Of a DNA stretch of 59,085 nt, positions 38,530-51,071 are shown piece after piece. This DNA is from Scyliorhinus canicula (Eukaryota). The notes under the pieces were generated by a model. It was not told the DNA's origin and did no database searches. It worked only from the letters and a program-made list of their open reading frames with translations. How positions within the stretch are numbered: position 1 is the stretch's first letter; every line of letters begins with the position of its first letter. The stretch is from the NCBI RefSeq assembly GCF_902713615.1, contig NC_052149.1, positions 125,496,171 through 125,555,255 on the forward strand, written 5' to 3'. Both the position numbers and the translations under genes were made by a program.

Positions 38530-40651
38530 GCAACATATTTGGGGGGGGGGGGGTGGTTCCGGCATTTGGGGGGGGGGGGGGTGTCCGGCATTTGGGGGGG
38601 GGGGGTTCCGGCATTTGGGGGGGGGGGGGGGTTCCGGCATTTGAGGGTGGGGGGGGGGGGTTGCGGCATGGGGTGGGGGGGGTTGCGGCATCGGGGGGGG
38701 GGGGGTTTGGGGGCAGCGCCGTGCAGAGAGGGGGGGCGACGGATGCCCGGGGCCAACGCACCGTCGCCCCCCCCCCCTGTACGCCGCTGCCCCCTACCCC
38801 AACCACCCCCCTCACCACCCCTACCTCCCTCCCCACCACCCCTACCTCCCTCCCCACCACCCCTACCTCCCTCCCCACCACCCCTACCTCCCTCCCCACC
38901 ACCCCTACCCCCTCCCCACCACCCCTACCCCCCTCCAACGCCGCCCCCCCATCTCTCGCAACGCCGCAACCCCCCCCCCCCCCTCAACGCCGGAACCCAC
39001 ACCCCGCCCCCCTCCCTCTGAAGGCCGGTACCCATACCCCCCCCCCCTCTCTCCTCCTCCCCCCCTTCCTTCCTCCTCCCCCCCTTCCTTCCTCCGTCCC
39101 CCCTTCTTCCTCCTCCCCCCTTCCTTCCTCCTCCCCACCCTTCCTTCCTCCGTCCCCCCCCTTCCTTCCTCCCCCCCTTCCTTCCTCCCCCCCCCTTCCT
39201 TCCTCCCCCCCTTCCTTCCTCCGTTAGTGGGGGGGTGCGGCGTTAGTGGGGGGTGGGGGGGTGCGGCGTTGGAGGGGGGTAGGGGTGGTGAAGGGGGTAG
39301 GGGTGGTGAGGGGGGGTTGGGGTAGGGGCAGCTGCGTGCAGAGGAGGGGGGCGACGGATGCCCGGGGCCAACGCACCGCCGCACCCCCCCCCCCCTCACT
39401 AACGGAGGAAGGAAGGGGGGGAGGAGGAAGGAAGGGGGGGAGGAGGAAGGAAGGGGGGGAGGAGGAGAGAAGGGGGGGAGGAGGAGAGAGGGGGGGGGTG
39501 TGTGGGTACCGGCCTTCAGAGGGAGGGGGACGGGGTGTGGGTACCGGCGTTGAGGGGGGGGGGGACCCGGCGTTGAGAGGGGGGGGTTGCGGCGATGAGG
39601 GGGGGTTGTGGCGTTGAGGGTGGGGGGTTGCGGCGTTGCGAGAGATGGAGGGCGGCGTTGGAGGGGGGTAGGGGTGGTGGGTAGGGGCGTTGGAGGGAGG
39701 TAGGGGTGGTGAGGGGGGGTGGGTGGGGCAGGGGGCAACGGCGTACAGAGGGGGGAGGCGACGGTGCATTGGCCCAGGGCATCCGTAGCCCCCCCTCTCT
39801 GCACGCCGCTGCCCCCAAACCCCCCCTGATGCCGCAACCCCCCCCATGCCCCCCCCCGATGCCCCCCCCGATGCCGCAACCCCCCCGATGCCGCAACCCC
39901 CCCCCGATGCCGCAACCCCCCGGATGCCGCAACCCACCCCCCCGATGCCGCAACCCACCCCCCCGATGCCACAACCCACCCCCCCCCGATGCCGCAACCC
40001 CCCCCGATGCCCCCCCGATGCCGCAACCCCCCCCGATGCCCCCCCCGATGCCGCAACCCCCCCCGATGCCGCAACCCCCCCCCGATGCCCCCCCCCGATG
40101 CCGCAACCCCCCGGATGCCGCAACCCACCCCCCGATGCCGCAACCCACCCCCCCGATGCCGCAACCCACCCCCCGATGCCGCAACCCACCCCCCGATGCC
40201 GCAACCCACCCCCCGATGCCGCAACCCACCCCCCGATGCCGCAACCCACCCCCCCCGATGCCGCAACCCACCCCCCCGATGCCGCAACCCCCCCCCGATG
40301 CCGCAACCCACCCCCCCTTGATGCCGCAACCCACCCCCCCCCCCACCCACCCCCCGACACTGAACGGCGTCAACCATCATCAAAGGTTGACGCCGTTTTA
40401 AAGCTACTGTGATTTTCGCCGACGTGACCCGTGGCCACGTCGGCGGGACTTCGGCCCATCCGGGCCGGAGATTTGTGGAATCTAAAAAAAAAATGAAATC
40501 CCGCCGGCGCCAGCTGTTTTCAGAGGCTGCCGGCGGGATTTGCACAGCGCCGGTTTTTGGCCGGTCAGAGATTTAAAAACCCTGCGGGAGCGGGAATAAC
40601 GCCGCTGCCGGCCGATTCTCCGACCCTGCGTGGGGTCGGAGAATCCCGCCC
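38530..40651. repeat. Complex G/C-skewed tandem and inverted repeat expansion inside a MITE end
   Basis: Arrays of ccggcatttggg, ccccaccacccctacct, cttcctcctccccc and about 17-20-bp cccccgatgccgcaacc units; MITE TIR ggagaatcccgccc ends at 40651. Confidence 0.85.
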
Positions 40652-40733
40652 ATGATGTGGAGATGCCGGCATTGGACTGGGGTGAGCACAGTAAGAAGTC
40701 TTTCAACAGCAGGTTAAAGTCCAACAGGCTTGT

Positions 40734-40780
40734 TTCAATCACTAGCTTTCGGAGCACAGCTCCTGCCTCAGGTGAATGAA
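40734..40780 (-). ncRNA. Minimal type-I hammerhead ribozyme relic (Penelope-type)
   Basis: Minus strand reads UUCAUUCAC-CUGAGGC-A-GGAGC(UGU)GCUCC-GAAA-GCUA-GUGAUUGAA: stem I with 8/9 pairs, 5-bp stem II, loopless stem III, core A9 changed to C. Confidence 0.55.
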
Positions 40781-41336
40781 GAGGTAGGTTCCAGAAACAT
40801 TTAAAAAGACAAAGTCAAAGATGCAGTACGATACTTTGAATAAAGTAATTCAAAGTATCATATTGCAACATATTGAAGGGGCGGGTGTGGTTACAAATTT
40901 CCCATCCTCCTGTACTTCTGATATGAGCTGTAACAAAGTGGGAGATACCAGAGAAGGCAAGGGGAAGTAATGATTTTATAATGGCAATTGAATATACAGC
41001 ATCTGTAAAAATACATTTCCACCCAGTTTCTCATTAGTAAGTTTTTGAGTCTGTTGTTCTTCAAACTGCTCCTTTAGTTGGTAACAGCAATGACCGTAAC
41101 TCAGTGATAGTGGAGGGGTAGTGGGGAATGACGGATGGCAAGCGTCAGAAGGACCAGTCGTACCATTTGTAATTATGCCTCTTTTCTGTTAGAGATCCAT
41201 GGGCAAGATCGCCACCCCCTGGCCTGGAGGAGAAAGAACATGTAAACAGGTGGCTCGGCCAAAGGTCGAATGTGAATGAGGAAGTTACAAAGTCAATTTA
41301 ATTTAAAGATAAACTCTGGTATTCCTTTCTTTTTAG

Positions 41337-41455
41337 ATCAGTCCGGAAGTCCTAAATAACATGAATAAGAGACAACGCATTCCTTATACGGACACCACCA
41401 GTGACCTCCTGAAATTCATAAGAAACCTGATCCAGCATTTCGATGAAAAGAAGGA
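41337..41455 (+). CDS. RNASEL: RNase L coding exon: KEN catalytic segment
   Basis: cctttctttttAG acceptor; ISPEVLNNMNKRQRIPYTDTTSDLLKFIRNLIQHFDEKK contains DLLKFIRNLxxH with the catalytic His (human H672); GTATGT donor (phase 2). Confidence 0.93.
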
Positions 41456-41694
41456 GTATGTGAATTGAGGGCCATTATTTTTCTTTCCTCTTTCTAATTT
41501 TTACTATAGATTTAAAACAAAAATAACTGCCAGTATTCTGTTTTCTTTCCTCCTAAAAGCTCTTAACGGGCTCAGGGAGACTAACGAAGATTCACTTGAC
41601 TGATTGCTGGGTTGATGGGATCCTTTCATAGGGGATGAGCCATTCAGCTGCTCTAAACTGCTCTGCCATTCATTGAGAACACAGCAGATCCCAT

Positions 41695-44633
41695 ATCTTT
41701 TTTTAAATAAATGTTTTATTGAGGTATTTCTTTGGCATTTTAACAGCAATAAAATCAACAATATAAATAACAAGAGACATATATACATAGTGTAAATTCC
41801 ACCACCCTCTCCCGCAGGTCTTGCCATTACTTACCCCCCTAGCCTGCACAAACCTAACACGCCCCCGCCTTTTCTGCTTATGGTGAATTCATACTGTATT
41901 GTAATTCACACTGTATTGTATTGCATAGTATTATGTCCTTGTGGGCTCTGTCTGTGAGCCGTTGCGCGGCTCTGCCCATAGGGGGAGATGAGGAGCTTGT
42001 ACAGGGCTCCACCCTTGGCTCTGCCCATGGCTCCACCCATGGCCCCTCCCACTACCGGAAGTATAACGTGCTGCAGCCGTGAGCCTGCTCTCAGTTCTTC
42101 TGGTCGCAGGCAGGCTCAGTTGTAAGACTATTAAAACTACAGTTTACTTCCAATTATGTTCTGAGTGAATTGATGGTCTCATTACTGCTGACGACTAGTT
42201 CTCTGCGAGGAAGTCGACGAACATTTTCCACCTCCGGGCGAACCCCAGCTGAGACCCTCTCATGACGAACTTAATTTTCTCCAGGCAGAGGAAGCCAGCC
42301 ATGTCTGAAAGCCAGGTCTCCGATTTCGGGGGCTTTGAGTCCCTCCATGCCAGCAATATGCACCTCCAGGCTACCAGGGAAGCAAAGGCCAAAATGTCCA
42401 CCTCTTTCTCCTCCTGGATTCTCAGGTCCTGCGATACCCCAAAAATCGCCACCTCCGGACTCATTGCCCCCCTCGTACTTAATACATAGTGTCGGCAAAC
42501 CCTGCCAAAATCCCCTCAGTTTTGGACATGCCCAATGGACATGGTTCGCTGCCCCCCCCCACCATATCTGTCCTCCACCCCAAAGAATCTGCTCATCCGG
42601 GCCACCGTCACGTGAGCTCGGTGAACAACCTTAAATTGGATCAGGCCGAGCCTGGCACATGTCGCAGTCGCATTGACCCTTCCTAACGCGTCCGCCCAAA
42701 GGCCCTCCTCAATCTCCCCCCCCCTCCCCCCGCCAGCTCTTCATCCTCCCACTTTCACTTCAGCTCCCCGGTCTGCGACTCCTCCGAAAGCATAAGCTCT
42801 CTACATATGTCTGAGACGCTCCCCTCCCTTATCCATCCGCTAGAGACCACCCTGTCCTGAATCCCCCTCAACGGCAGGAGTGGGAACGTTGGTACCTGCC
42901 TCCGCAAAAAGTCACGTACCTGTAAATATCGGAGTTCATTTCCCCCAGCCAATGCAAACTTCCCCTCCGGCGCCCTCATACTCAGGAAGCTTCCTTCTAT
43001 GAACAAGTCCCCCATCCTCTCTATTCCCGCTCTCCACCAAATACGGAACCCCCCATCCATCCTCCCCCGGGGCAAACCTATGATTGTCGCAGATTGGGGA
43101 CCAGACCGATGTTCCCAAGCCCCCACATGTCTCCTCCACTGCCCCCAGACTCTCAGGGCTGCCGCCACCACTGGACTGATGGAGTACCGCACTGGCGGGA
43201 ACGGCAGGGGCGCCATCACCAGTGCCCCTAAACATATGCCCTTACACGAGGCCGCCTCCATGCGCACCCACACTAGCTTCCCCCCCCCCCCCCCCACCCC
43301 CCACCACTACCACCAGCCACCTCCTCACCACGGCTATGTTGCCCTCCCAATAGTAGTTACTGAAATCCGGCAGCGCCAGCACGCCATCTCCCCGGTTCCA
43401 TTCCAGCATTGCCCTCTTCACCCCCGGGGGCTTGCCCCCCACACTAAGCCCGCGATAATCTTATTAATCCGCTTGAAAAAGGAACGCGGGATGAAAATGG
43501 GGAGGCACATGGAAAACAAAGAGACACCTTGGGAGGACCATCATTTTTAACGACTGCGCCCCCTACCCGCCAGAGACAGCGGGAGCGCGTCCCATCTCCG
43601 GAAATCCTCCTTCATCTGGTCCACCTACCAGGCCAGGTTCAATTTGTGTAGCCTATCCCAATCCCTCGCCACCTGAATACCCAAGTACCTAAAACTGCCC
43701 CCTCCCACTCTAACGGCAGTTCCCCGAGTCGCGTCTCCTGACCTCGCGCCTGAACCACAAACAACTCACTCTTCCCCATATTAACCTTGTAACCCGAAAA
43801 CCGGCCGAATTCCCCGAGGATTCCGATAATTTCCCCCATCCCCTCCATTGGGTCTGAGACATACAGCAGCAAGTCATCCGCATACAACGAGACTCTGTGC
43901 TCCACCCTCCCCCCGGATCAACCCCTTCCAGCACCTTGAGGCCTCAGAGCAATTGCCAGCGGCTCTATCGCCAGCCCAAACAGCAGTGGGGAGAGGGGAC
44001 ATCCCTGTCTCATCCCCCGGTATAATCTGAAATATTCCAACGTCGTCCTATTTGTCCGTACATAGCTACCAGAGCCCGGTATAGCAGCCTAACCCAGTCA
44101 ACAAAGCCACTCCCAAACCCGAACCGCTCCTCCCATAAGTAATCCCACTCAACCCGGTCAAAGGCTTTTTCTGCGTCCATCTCAACCACCACTTCAACTT
44201 CCCTACCTTCCGGGGGCATCATGATGACATTGAGCAACCTTCTTACATTGGCCCCCAGCTGCTTACCCTTAACAAACCCTGTCTGATCCTCCCCGAGAAC
44301 GTCTGGTACACGGTCCCCAACCCTAGAAGCCAGAAGTTTGGCATCCACGTTCACCAAGGATATCGGCCTATAAGACCCGTACAGCTCCGGGTCCTTGTCC
44401 CTTTTCAAAATGAGCGAGATCATGGCCTGTGACATCGTCTGGGGTAAAACTCCTCTTTCCTTGGCCTCGTTAAAGACCTTCAACAGCACCGGACCCAATA
44501 TTCCGGAGAACCTTTTATAGATCTCGACTGGGTTCCCGTCCGGCCCTGGGGCCTTCCCCGACTGCATGACCTTCAAGCTCTCCACTACCTCCTCCAGCCT
44601 GACTGGGGCCCCCAGCCCTTCAACCAGCTCCGC
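41695..44633 (-). mobile_element. 5'-truncated L1 LINE (second subfamily) with an LTR-like insert at about 41881-42181
   Basis: RT fragments (SGKAPGPDG, YRPISL, YADD), A-rich tail, 11-bp TSD gcagatcccat at 41684-41694 and 44634-44644. Confidence 0.88.
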
Positions 44634-45041
44634 GCAGATCCCATTTGTAACACTGTTCTCTTGCCTTGCCTCTGAAACCTTAACTGGCAAAAACAAAATT
44701 ATCAGTGACGGATTTAAAACTACTAATTTAGCTGGCTTTTAGCTGGAGAGGTTTCCATCCTTCTTTCCAAAATGGGATACACATTCCATCCTGGTCATGA
44801 AGAAATGCTTCCTAAATTCTCCCCTGAATGATATTAAACCTATATTCCCTTATCCGAGGCCCACCCACCAGCAGAAGGATTTTCAGAAGGGGACTAAACA
44901 GTATTTGTATTCAAAGGTTCCAGAAATACTTTTATCAACTGTACAACGAGCAGATCAGTGTGATGCCAGTAACATTGATATTTATACTCCTGGTGAGTGT
45001 TAAATACCAAAACTTCAGTATCTAATTGCTTTTTTCCCCAG

Positions 45042-45162
45042 ATTACACAGTTTGATGAAGAGTGCAGAAAGTTATTGTTTTGGATTCTTTCCCGATCTCG
45101 TCATCGCTGTCTACAATGCTGTGGCGGACACAGAGTGGAAGAAGCACTTTCCAAAGGAATAG
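45042..45162 (+). CDS. RNASEL: RNase L last coding exon with stop codon
   Basis: ttttttccccAG acceptor; LHSLMKSAESYCFGFFPDLVIAVYNAVADTEWKKHFPKE* matches human [27 protein letters not shown]; TAG at 45160-45162. Confidence 0.92.
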
Positions 45163-45386
45163 AATCTACTCCTGCCTTCAAAGGATTGATATCGCTCCAC
45201 TGGCTCTGCTATTGAATTATTAAACAGAATCACATGCTTGCTTCAATGGCATAAAAGAAACAAGGACCATTCATCTCCTTTGGACATCCCAAGGTGCTTT
45301 ACAGTCAATAATGTACTTTTGAAATGTATTCAGTGAAGTAACAATTGCGCCACACAAGTGCCAGGCAATGATCATCTCCAACAAGA

Positions 45387-46200
45387 CATAGAACATAGAA
45401 CAGTACAGCACAGAACAGGCCCTTTGGTCCTCGATATTGTGCCAAGCATTGTCTGAAACCAAGCTATCCCACTCCCTGTCATTCTGGTGTGCTCCATGTG
45501 CCTATCCAATAACCGCTTGAAAGTTCCTAAAGTGTCCAACTCCACTATCACAGCAGGCAGTCCTTTCCACACCCTAACCACTCTCTGAGTAAAGAACCTA
45601 CCTCGGACATCCCTCCTATATCTCCCACCCTGAACCTTATAGTTATGCCCCCTTGTAACAGCTTCATCCACCCAAGGAAATAGTCTCTGAACATCCACTC
45701 TTATCTATCCCCCTCATCATCTTATAAACTTCTATTAATTCGCCTCTCATCCTCCTCTGCTCCAAAGAGAAAAGCCCTAGCTCCCTCAACCTTTCCTCAT
45801 AAGACCTATCCACCAAACCAGGCAGCATCCTGGTAAATCTCCTTTGCACCCTTTCCAATGCTTCCACAACCTTCCTATAGCGAGGTGACCAGAACTGCAC
45901 ACAATACTCCAAATGTGGTATCACCAGGGTCATGTACAGTTGCAGCATAACCCCACGGCTCTTAAACTCAAGCCCCCTGTTAATAAACGCTAACACACTA
46001 TAGGCCTTCTTCACGGCTCTATCCACTTGAGTGGCAACCTTTGGAGATCTATGGACATGAACTCCGAGACCTCTCTGTTCCTCCACATTTCTCAGAACCC
46101 TGCTGTTTGCCCTGTAATCCACATTCAAATTTTTCCTACCAAAATGAATCTCCACGCACTTATCAGGGTTAAACTCCATCTGCCATTTTTCGGCCCAGCT
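45387..46200 (-). mobile_element. CR1 LINE 3' end, downstream of the RNase L stop
   Basis: ORF 45664-46230 (KWQMEFNPDKC...LEYCVQFWSP...ERVQRRFTRM) and (ttctatg)n tail. Confidence 0.9.
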
Positions 46201-46757
46201 CCGAAAAAACAGTGAGACACAGTGAGACACGAGACATGTTGTTACTCAAGGATTTCTGCCGCATGGTATCACAGTGGTTAGCACAGTTGTTTCACAGCTC
46301 CAGGGTCCCAGGTTCGATTCCCGCCTTGGGTCGCTGTCTGTGCGGAGTCTGCACGTTCCCCCCGTGTCTGCGTGGGTTTCCTCCGGGTGCTCCCGTTTCC
46401 TCCCACAGTCCAAAGATGTGCAGGTTAGGTGGCTTGACCATGATAAATTGCCCTTAGTGTCCGAAAAAGGTTAGGTAGGGTTACTGGGGATAGAGAGGAG
46501 CCTTGGGTGGGGTGCTCTTTCCAAGGGCCGGTGCAGACTTGATGGGCTGAATGTCCTCCTTCTGCACTCTAAATTCTATGATTTGATAACCGGAGAAGCC
46601 AGCTTCAAAGGTCATCAGTAGATATGTTACGGTTTGGGCCTATAAGGCTAAGGTGTATGGCTTGGTTGTACTGTTTAACTGTTAATGTTTGGCTGTTAGT
46701 AAGTGAAGTGAAATAGAAAATATATTTCTGTCACAAGTTGTACAAATCCATTTAATG

Positions 46758-46763
46758 AATAAA
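46758..46763 (+). promoter_or_regulatory. Candidate polyadenylation signal of RNase L
   Basis: AATAAA in unique AT-rich sequence, followed by GT-rich sequence; a proximal ATTAAA lies at 45219-45224. Confidence 0.4.
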
Positions 46764-47164
46764 AGGCTAATCTGATACTACATGTAAAAAAAAAAGGTCT
46801 CCTCCGTGTGTATGTCATGTGCACTGTCATGGCTTCTTGGGGAAGCGATGATATAGTGATATTGTCACTGGACTAATAATCCAGGGCCCGGGTATAAATT
46901 CCACCACAACAGACGCTGACATTTAAGTTCAATACAAATAATAATAGCTTATTGTCACAAGTAGGTTTCAATGAAGTTACTGTGAAAAGCCCCTAGTCGC
47001 CACGTTCCGCACCTGTTCGGGAATTGAACCCACGCTGCTGGCATTGTTCTACATTACAAGCCAGCTGTTTAGCCCACTGTGCCAATGTGCCATCTACTGT
47101 GCAGTCAGGCTGTGAGTTAGTTAAATAGGATATCTTTTGTAGTCATTGGTTTTGGATATGACAG

Positions 47165-50100
47165 CCTTGTTTAAGAAAGTAGAAGCAGAGATCACTCGTT
47201 TGGAGTCCCTAGGTATTATCAGGCCCGTCTCTTTCGCTAATTGGGCAGCGCCAGTCGTACCAGTAATGAAGCCAGATAACATGGTTCACTTGTGCGGCGA
47301 CTATAAACTTACAGTGAACACAGCTTCCCGGTTCAACCGATATCCCATGCCCGGCTTAGAAGATCTCTACGCAAAGCTCACAGGTGGATACTCATTCATG
47401 ATATTGGATATGCGTCACGCCTACCTGCAGTTGGAGTTGGACCTTGCCTCTCGGCCATATGTTACTATCAACACACACAGGGGCCTGTATGAGTATGTGC
47501 GATTGTCCTCTGTCTGTGCTATATTTCAACGCGTCATGGAGAGCATCTTGAGAGTTTTGCCACCTGTCGTTGTTTACTTAGAAGATGTCTTGATTATGGG
47601 AGCTTCGGAATAGGAACATTTGGATAATTTAGAGGCTGTGCTTAAATGCTCCTCAGAGGCTGGAATCCGTTTACATCGTGCAAAGTGTGTCTTTCAGGCA
47701 AAGGAAGTAGTCTACCTGGGTTATCGGGTGGACCGCGAAGGTTTGCCCCCCTTTGCGGAGAAGGTGCGCTCAATTCAACAGGTCCCCGCCCCGACTGACA
47801 CTTTGGCTCTTTGTTCTTTTCTTGGCTTCGTAAATTACTCTGAGAAGTATCTCCCCAATCTGGCAACTACGTTGGCCCTATTGCACCTTCTGTTGAAGAA
47901 GAAGCACATTTGGGTTTGGGGTCAGCCGTAAGAAACCGCTTTCCAGTGGGTGAAACAATAATTGCCGTCATTCGGGTTTCAAGAAAGCATACGGAATGCT
48001 TGCCTTCATAGGATAGGGCAGTGAGTATAAAAACTGGCAGGTCATGCTACAGTTGTATAAAACCTTGGTAAGGCTGCACTTGGAATATTGCTCAGAATTC
48101 TGCCACACTACCAGAAGGATGTGGAGGCTTTGGAGAGGGTGCAGAGGAGGTTTACCAGGATGTTGCCTGGTCTGGAGGGCTGAATAGACTTGGACAGTTT
48201 TCATTAGAAAGACGGAGTTCGAGGGGTGACCTGATAGAGGTCTACAAGATTATGAGGGACATGGATAGAGTGGATGAGCAGGCACTCTTTCCCAGGGTGG
48301 AGGGGTCTGTCACCAGGGGGCATAGGTTTAAGGTCCATGGGGCAAAGTTTAGAGGAGATGTCGGGGTTGATTGTTTACACAGAGGGTGGTGAGTGCCTGG
48401 AACGCATTGCCAGGAGTAGTTGTGGAAGCAGATACATTAACTGCGTTCAAAATGCACCTTGACAAACAATAGCTAGGATGGGTATAGCGGGATACAGCAC
48501 AAGGAAGTGCTGAGGGTTTTGGCAAAGGTTGGTATCATGACCAGTACAGACTTGGAGGGCCGAAGGGCCTCTTCCTGTTCTGTATGGTTCTTTGTTCTTT
48601 AACCCACTATGATCCTGCAAAGCCTTTGCTCATCACATGTGATGCATCCCCATTATGTATTGGGACCGTCCGGTCTCACAAAATGGAGAACAGAGCTGAG
48701 CAGCCGATGCTTTCACCTCCCACACATTGACTGCAGCGGAAAGGAAGCACTCGCAGATTGAAAAGGAGGGCTTAGCAGTGGTCTTTGTGGTGAAATGTTT
48801 TTGCCAGTGTGTTTATGGCTACACTTCACTATCATACCCAATCATGAGCCACTGCTTGGCCTTTTCAGAGAGGATAAGCTGATTCTGCCCATTACTTCCG
48901 CGCTGATCCAGTCCTGGGCTTTGCTGCTCGCTGCCTACAGGTATTCTTTGGAGCATAAACCAGGGACCCAGATAGCGAATGCCGATGCACTGATCAGATT
49001 GCCTTTGTTGACGGGCCCTTGTCGACCCCCATGACAGGTGAGGTGGTTGCAACCTTGAATTTTATGGCCTCATTGCCTGTCATGCATCATGGATCCTGAG
49101 TGGACCCAGACAGATCCAGTTATTTCCAAGGTTCGGCATGTAGCCCTGTATGGTGGGCAGCATAGACACCTCCCAGGCGAGTTGCGGGCATTTTCCTCCA
49201 AGCTGTCCGAGTTCAGCGTGGAAGATGGTATCCTCTTGTGAGGGACGCGTGTGGTCATTCCAGATAAATAGCAGGAGCTGATACCAAAAGACCTCCACAA
49301 TGGTCATCCGGCGTGACCAAAATGAAAATGTTCGCACGGAGTTATGTCTTGTGGCCAGGCCGCGACACTGCTTTTGGGGAGACGGCCCAAAACTGCTCTG
49401 TTTGCCAAGAAGCTTCCCCAGCCACACCCCTGCATCACTGGGAATGCGTAGGGCAGCCTTGGGTGTGCTTGCTTGCAGATTTCATCTGCCCTTTTCAAGG
49501 ATCCATTGTGGTGATATGCAAATGCCCAGTAATGTATATAATTATCTCTATGACCTCCGACCAGCAGATGCTGATAGAGATCCACCATGTGACTCCAGAG
49601 ATCCGGCAGTTAGCAGTAAGTCGTACGAGAGGGCAATCGCATCAGAAGTAGCTCCAAGAGAATAGGCTTATTTCTCACCGTTTGTATTATAGTTCTTTAG
49701 TTATCATTCCACATGCTCATTTTGTCAATAAACTATCTTACTAGTCAAAGGACTAGGTGTTCTGTGTGCATCTTTATCATGGCCACAACACAGAACATAA
49801 CACCATGTTCCTCTGTTTGATTGATGCCCAATCGAGTGACTTCAGGTGCATGGCGGGAACAACGTCCCGCACAAACATCGAGAAGATGCATTTATATTTT
49901 AGTACGCATGGCCTCCCCGAGGTGTTCGTCTTGGGAAATGGCAGTCCTTTCACAAGTGAGGAGTTTGTGGGGTTCACGAAGATGGACGGCATACGACATA
50001 TCCACACCGCTCTGTACCACCCGGCTTCCAATGGGTTGGCAGAGCGCGCAGTGCAGATGTTGAAACAGGGCCTCAAGGAACAGTCTTCCAGTTCCATGGA

Positions 50101-51071
50101 CACTAGACTGGCTCGTTTGTTGTTTTCTTATAGGACCACGGCGCATGTGGTGACTGGGGTAGCTCCCGCAGAACTCCTACTTTGTACTTTGTAGTACAAA
50201 GCCGTAGACTTTGTACCCGCCTTAGCATGGTTTTCCCAGACCTTGGCGCAAATGTATGCTGAACTCAGGAACGACAGGGGCATGACCTATTTTGGTATTA
50301 GCTGATCCGGCAGTTTACATCCGAAGACCGTGTTTGTTCGGACTTTTGCTGCTGGTGCCCTGTGGGTCCCCGGTGTTATCATAGATTACCATAGATTATC
50401 ATAGAATTTACAGTGCAGAAGGAGGTCATTCTGCCCATCAAGAACGGCGCTAATCCCTTACCAGGTACAAGCCCAGGGTCATATTCAATACAAGTATTTA
50501 GACCACATTCGATCCCGAAGGCCGCCTCTTCCACAGGTTCGCCGTCCACGGAGATCACTTCTCCAGCCGCAGCAACTACCATATGTCGACACAGGGAATG
50601 CTCATCCTCGAGATCTCCCTTTGGCGTCGCACTCATGGCCTGCTTGGGTCGCTACCGAACCCCACCTGCAGCCGTTATGCGATTCAGCACAGAAGTGTCG
50701 TTTGCCTTCTCGTTACACGCTGCCTGACCCAACGCCTTGTGCGGATGATGTCCAGCCTACGGTGAAACAAATCCAACACCCTCCGTCGGCAGGGTCCTCG
50801 GACTTTGTGGGGGAAGGATGTTATAACCTGTCTGAATCCCTTTGGCTGGGGACTATTGATTATCCCATGACTCTTGGGGAATATGAGCTCCCCAATGAGG
50901 GGGGGTGGGGAAATCATTAGCAATTACACCCGTTTAATAGAGCTGGCCAGTGTGGTACCAGTTAATGAAGGAAGCAGTGGTGAACTATTACTGCTGTGTG
51001 TATATCATTGTAAATAAAGTTACTTTCTGTTGACTCTACAAACTCAGGCTGGATTCTTCATGGTCCTCACA
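47165..51071 (+). mobile_element. Decayed Gypsy/Ty3 LTR retrotransposon: pol remnants and 3' LTR
   Basis: RT (WAAPVVPV, CGDYK, YLEDVLI), RNase H-like remnant, integrase core (GLPE, GNGSPFTS, YHPASNGLAERAVQ), polypurine tract ggggggaagga, LTR 50819-51071. Nested CR1 at about 47975-48600 and solo LTR at 49507-49802 (TSD CCAT). Confidence 0.88.
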
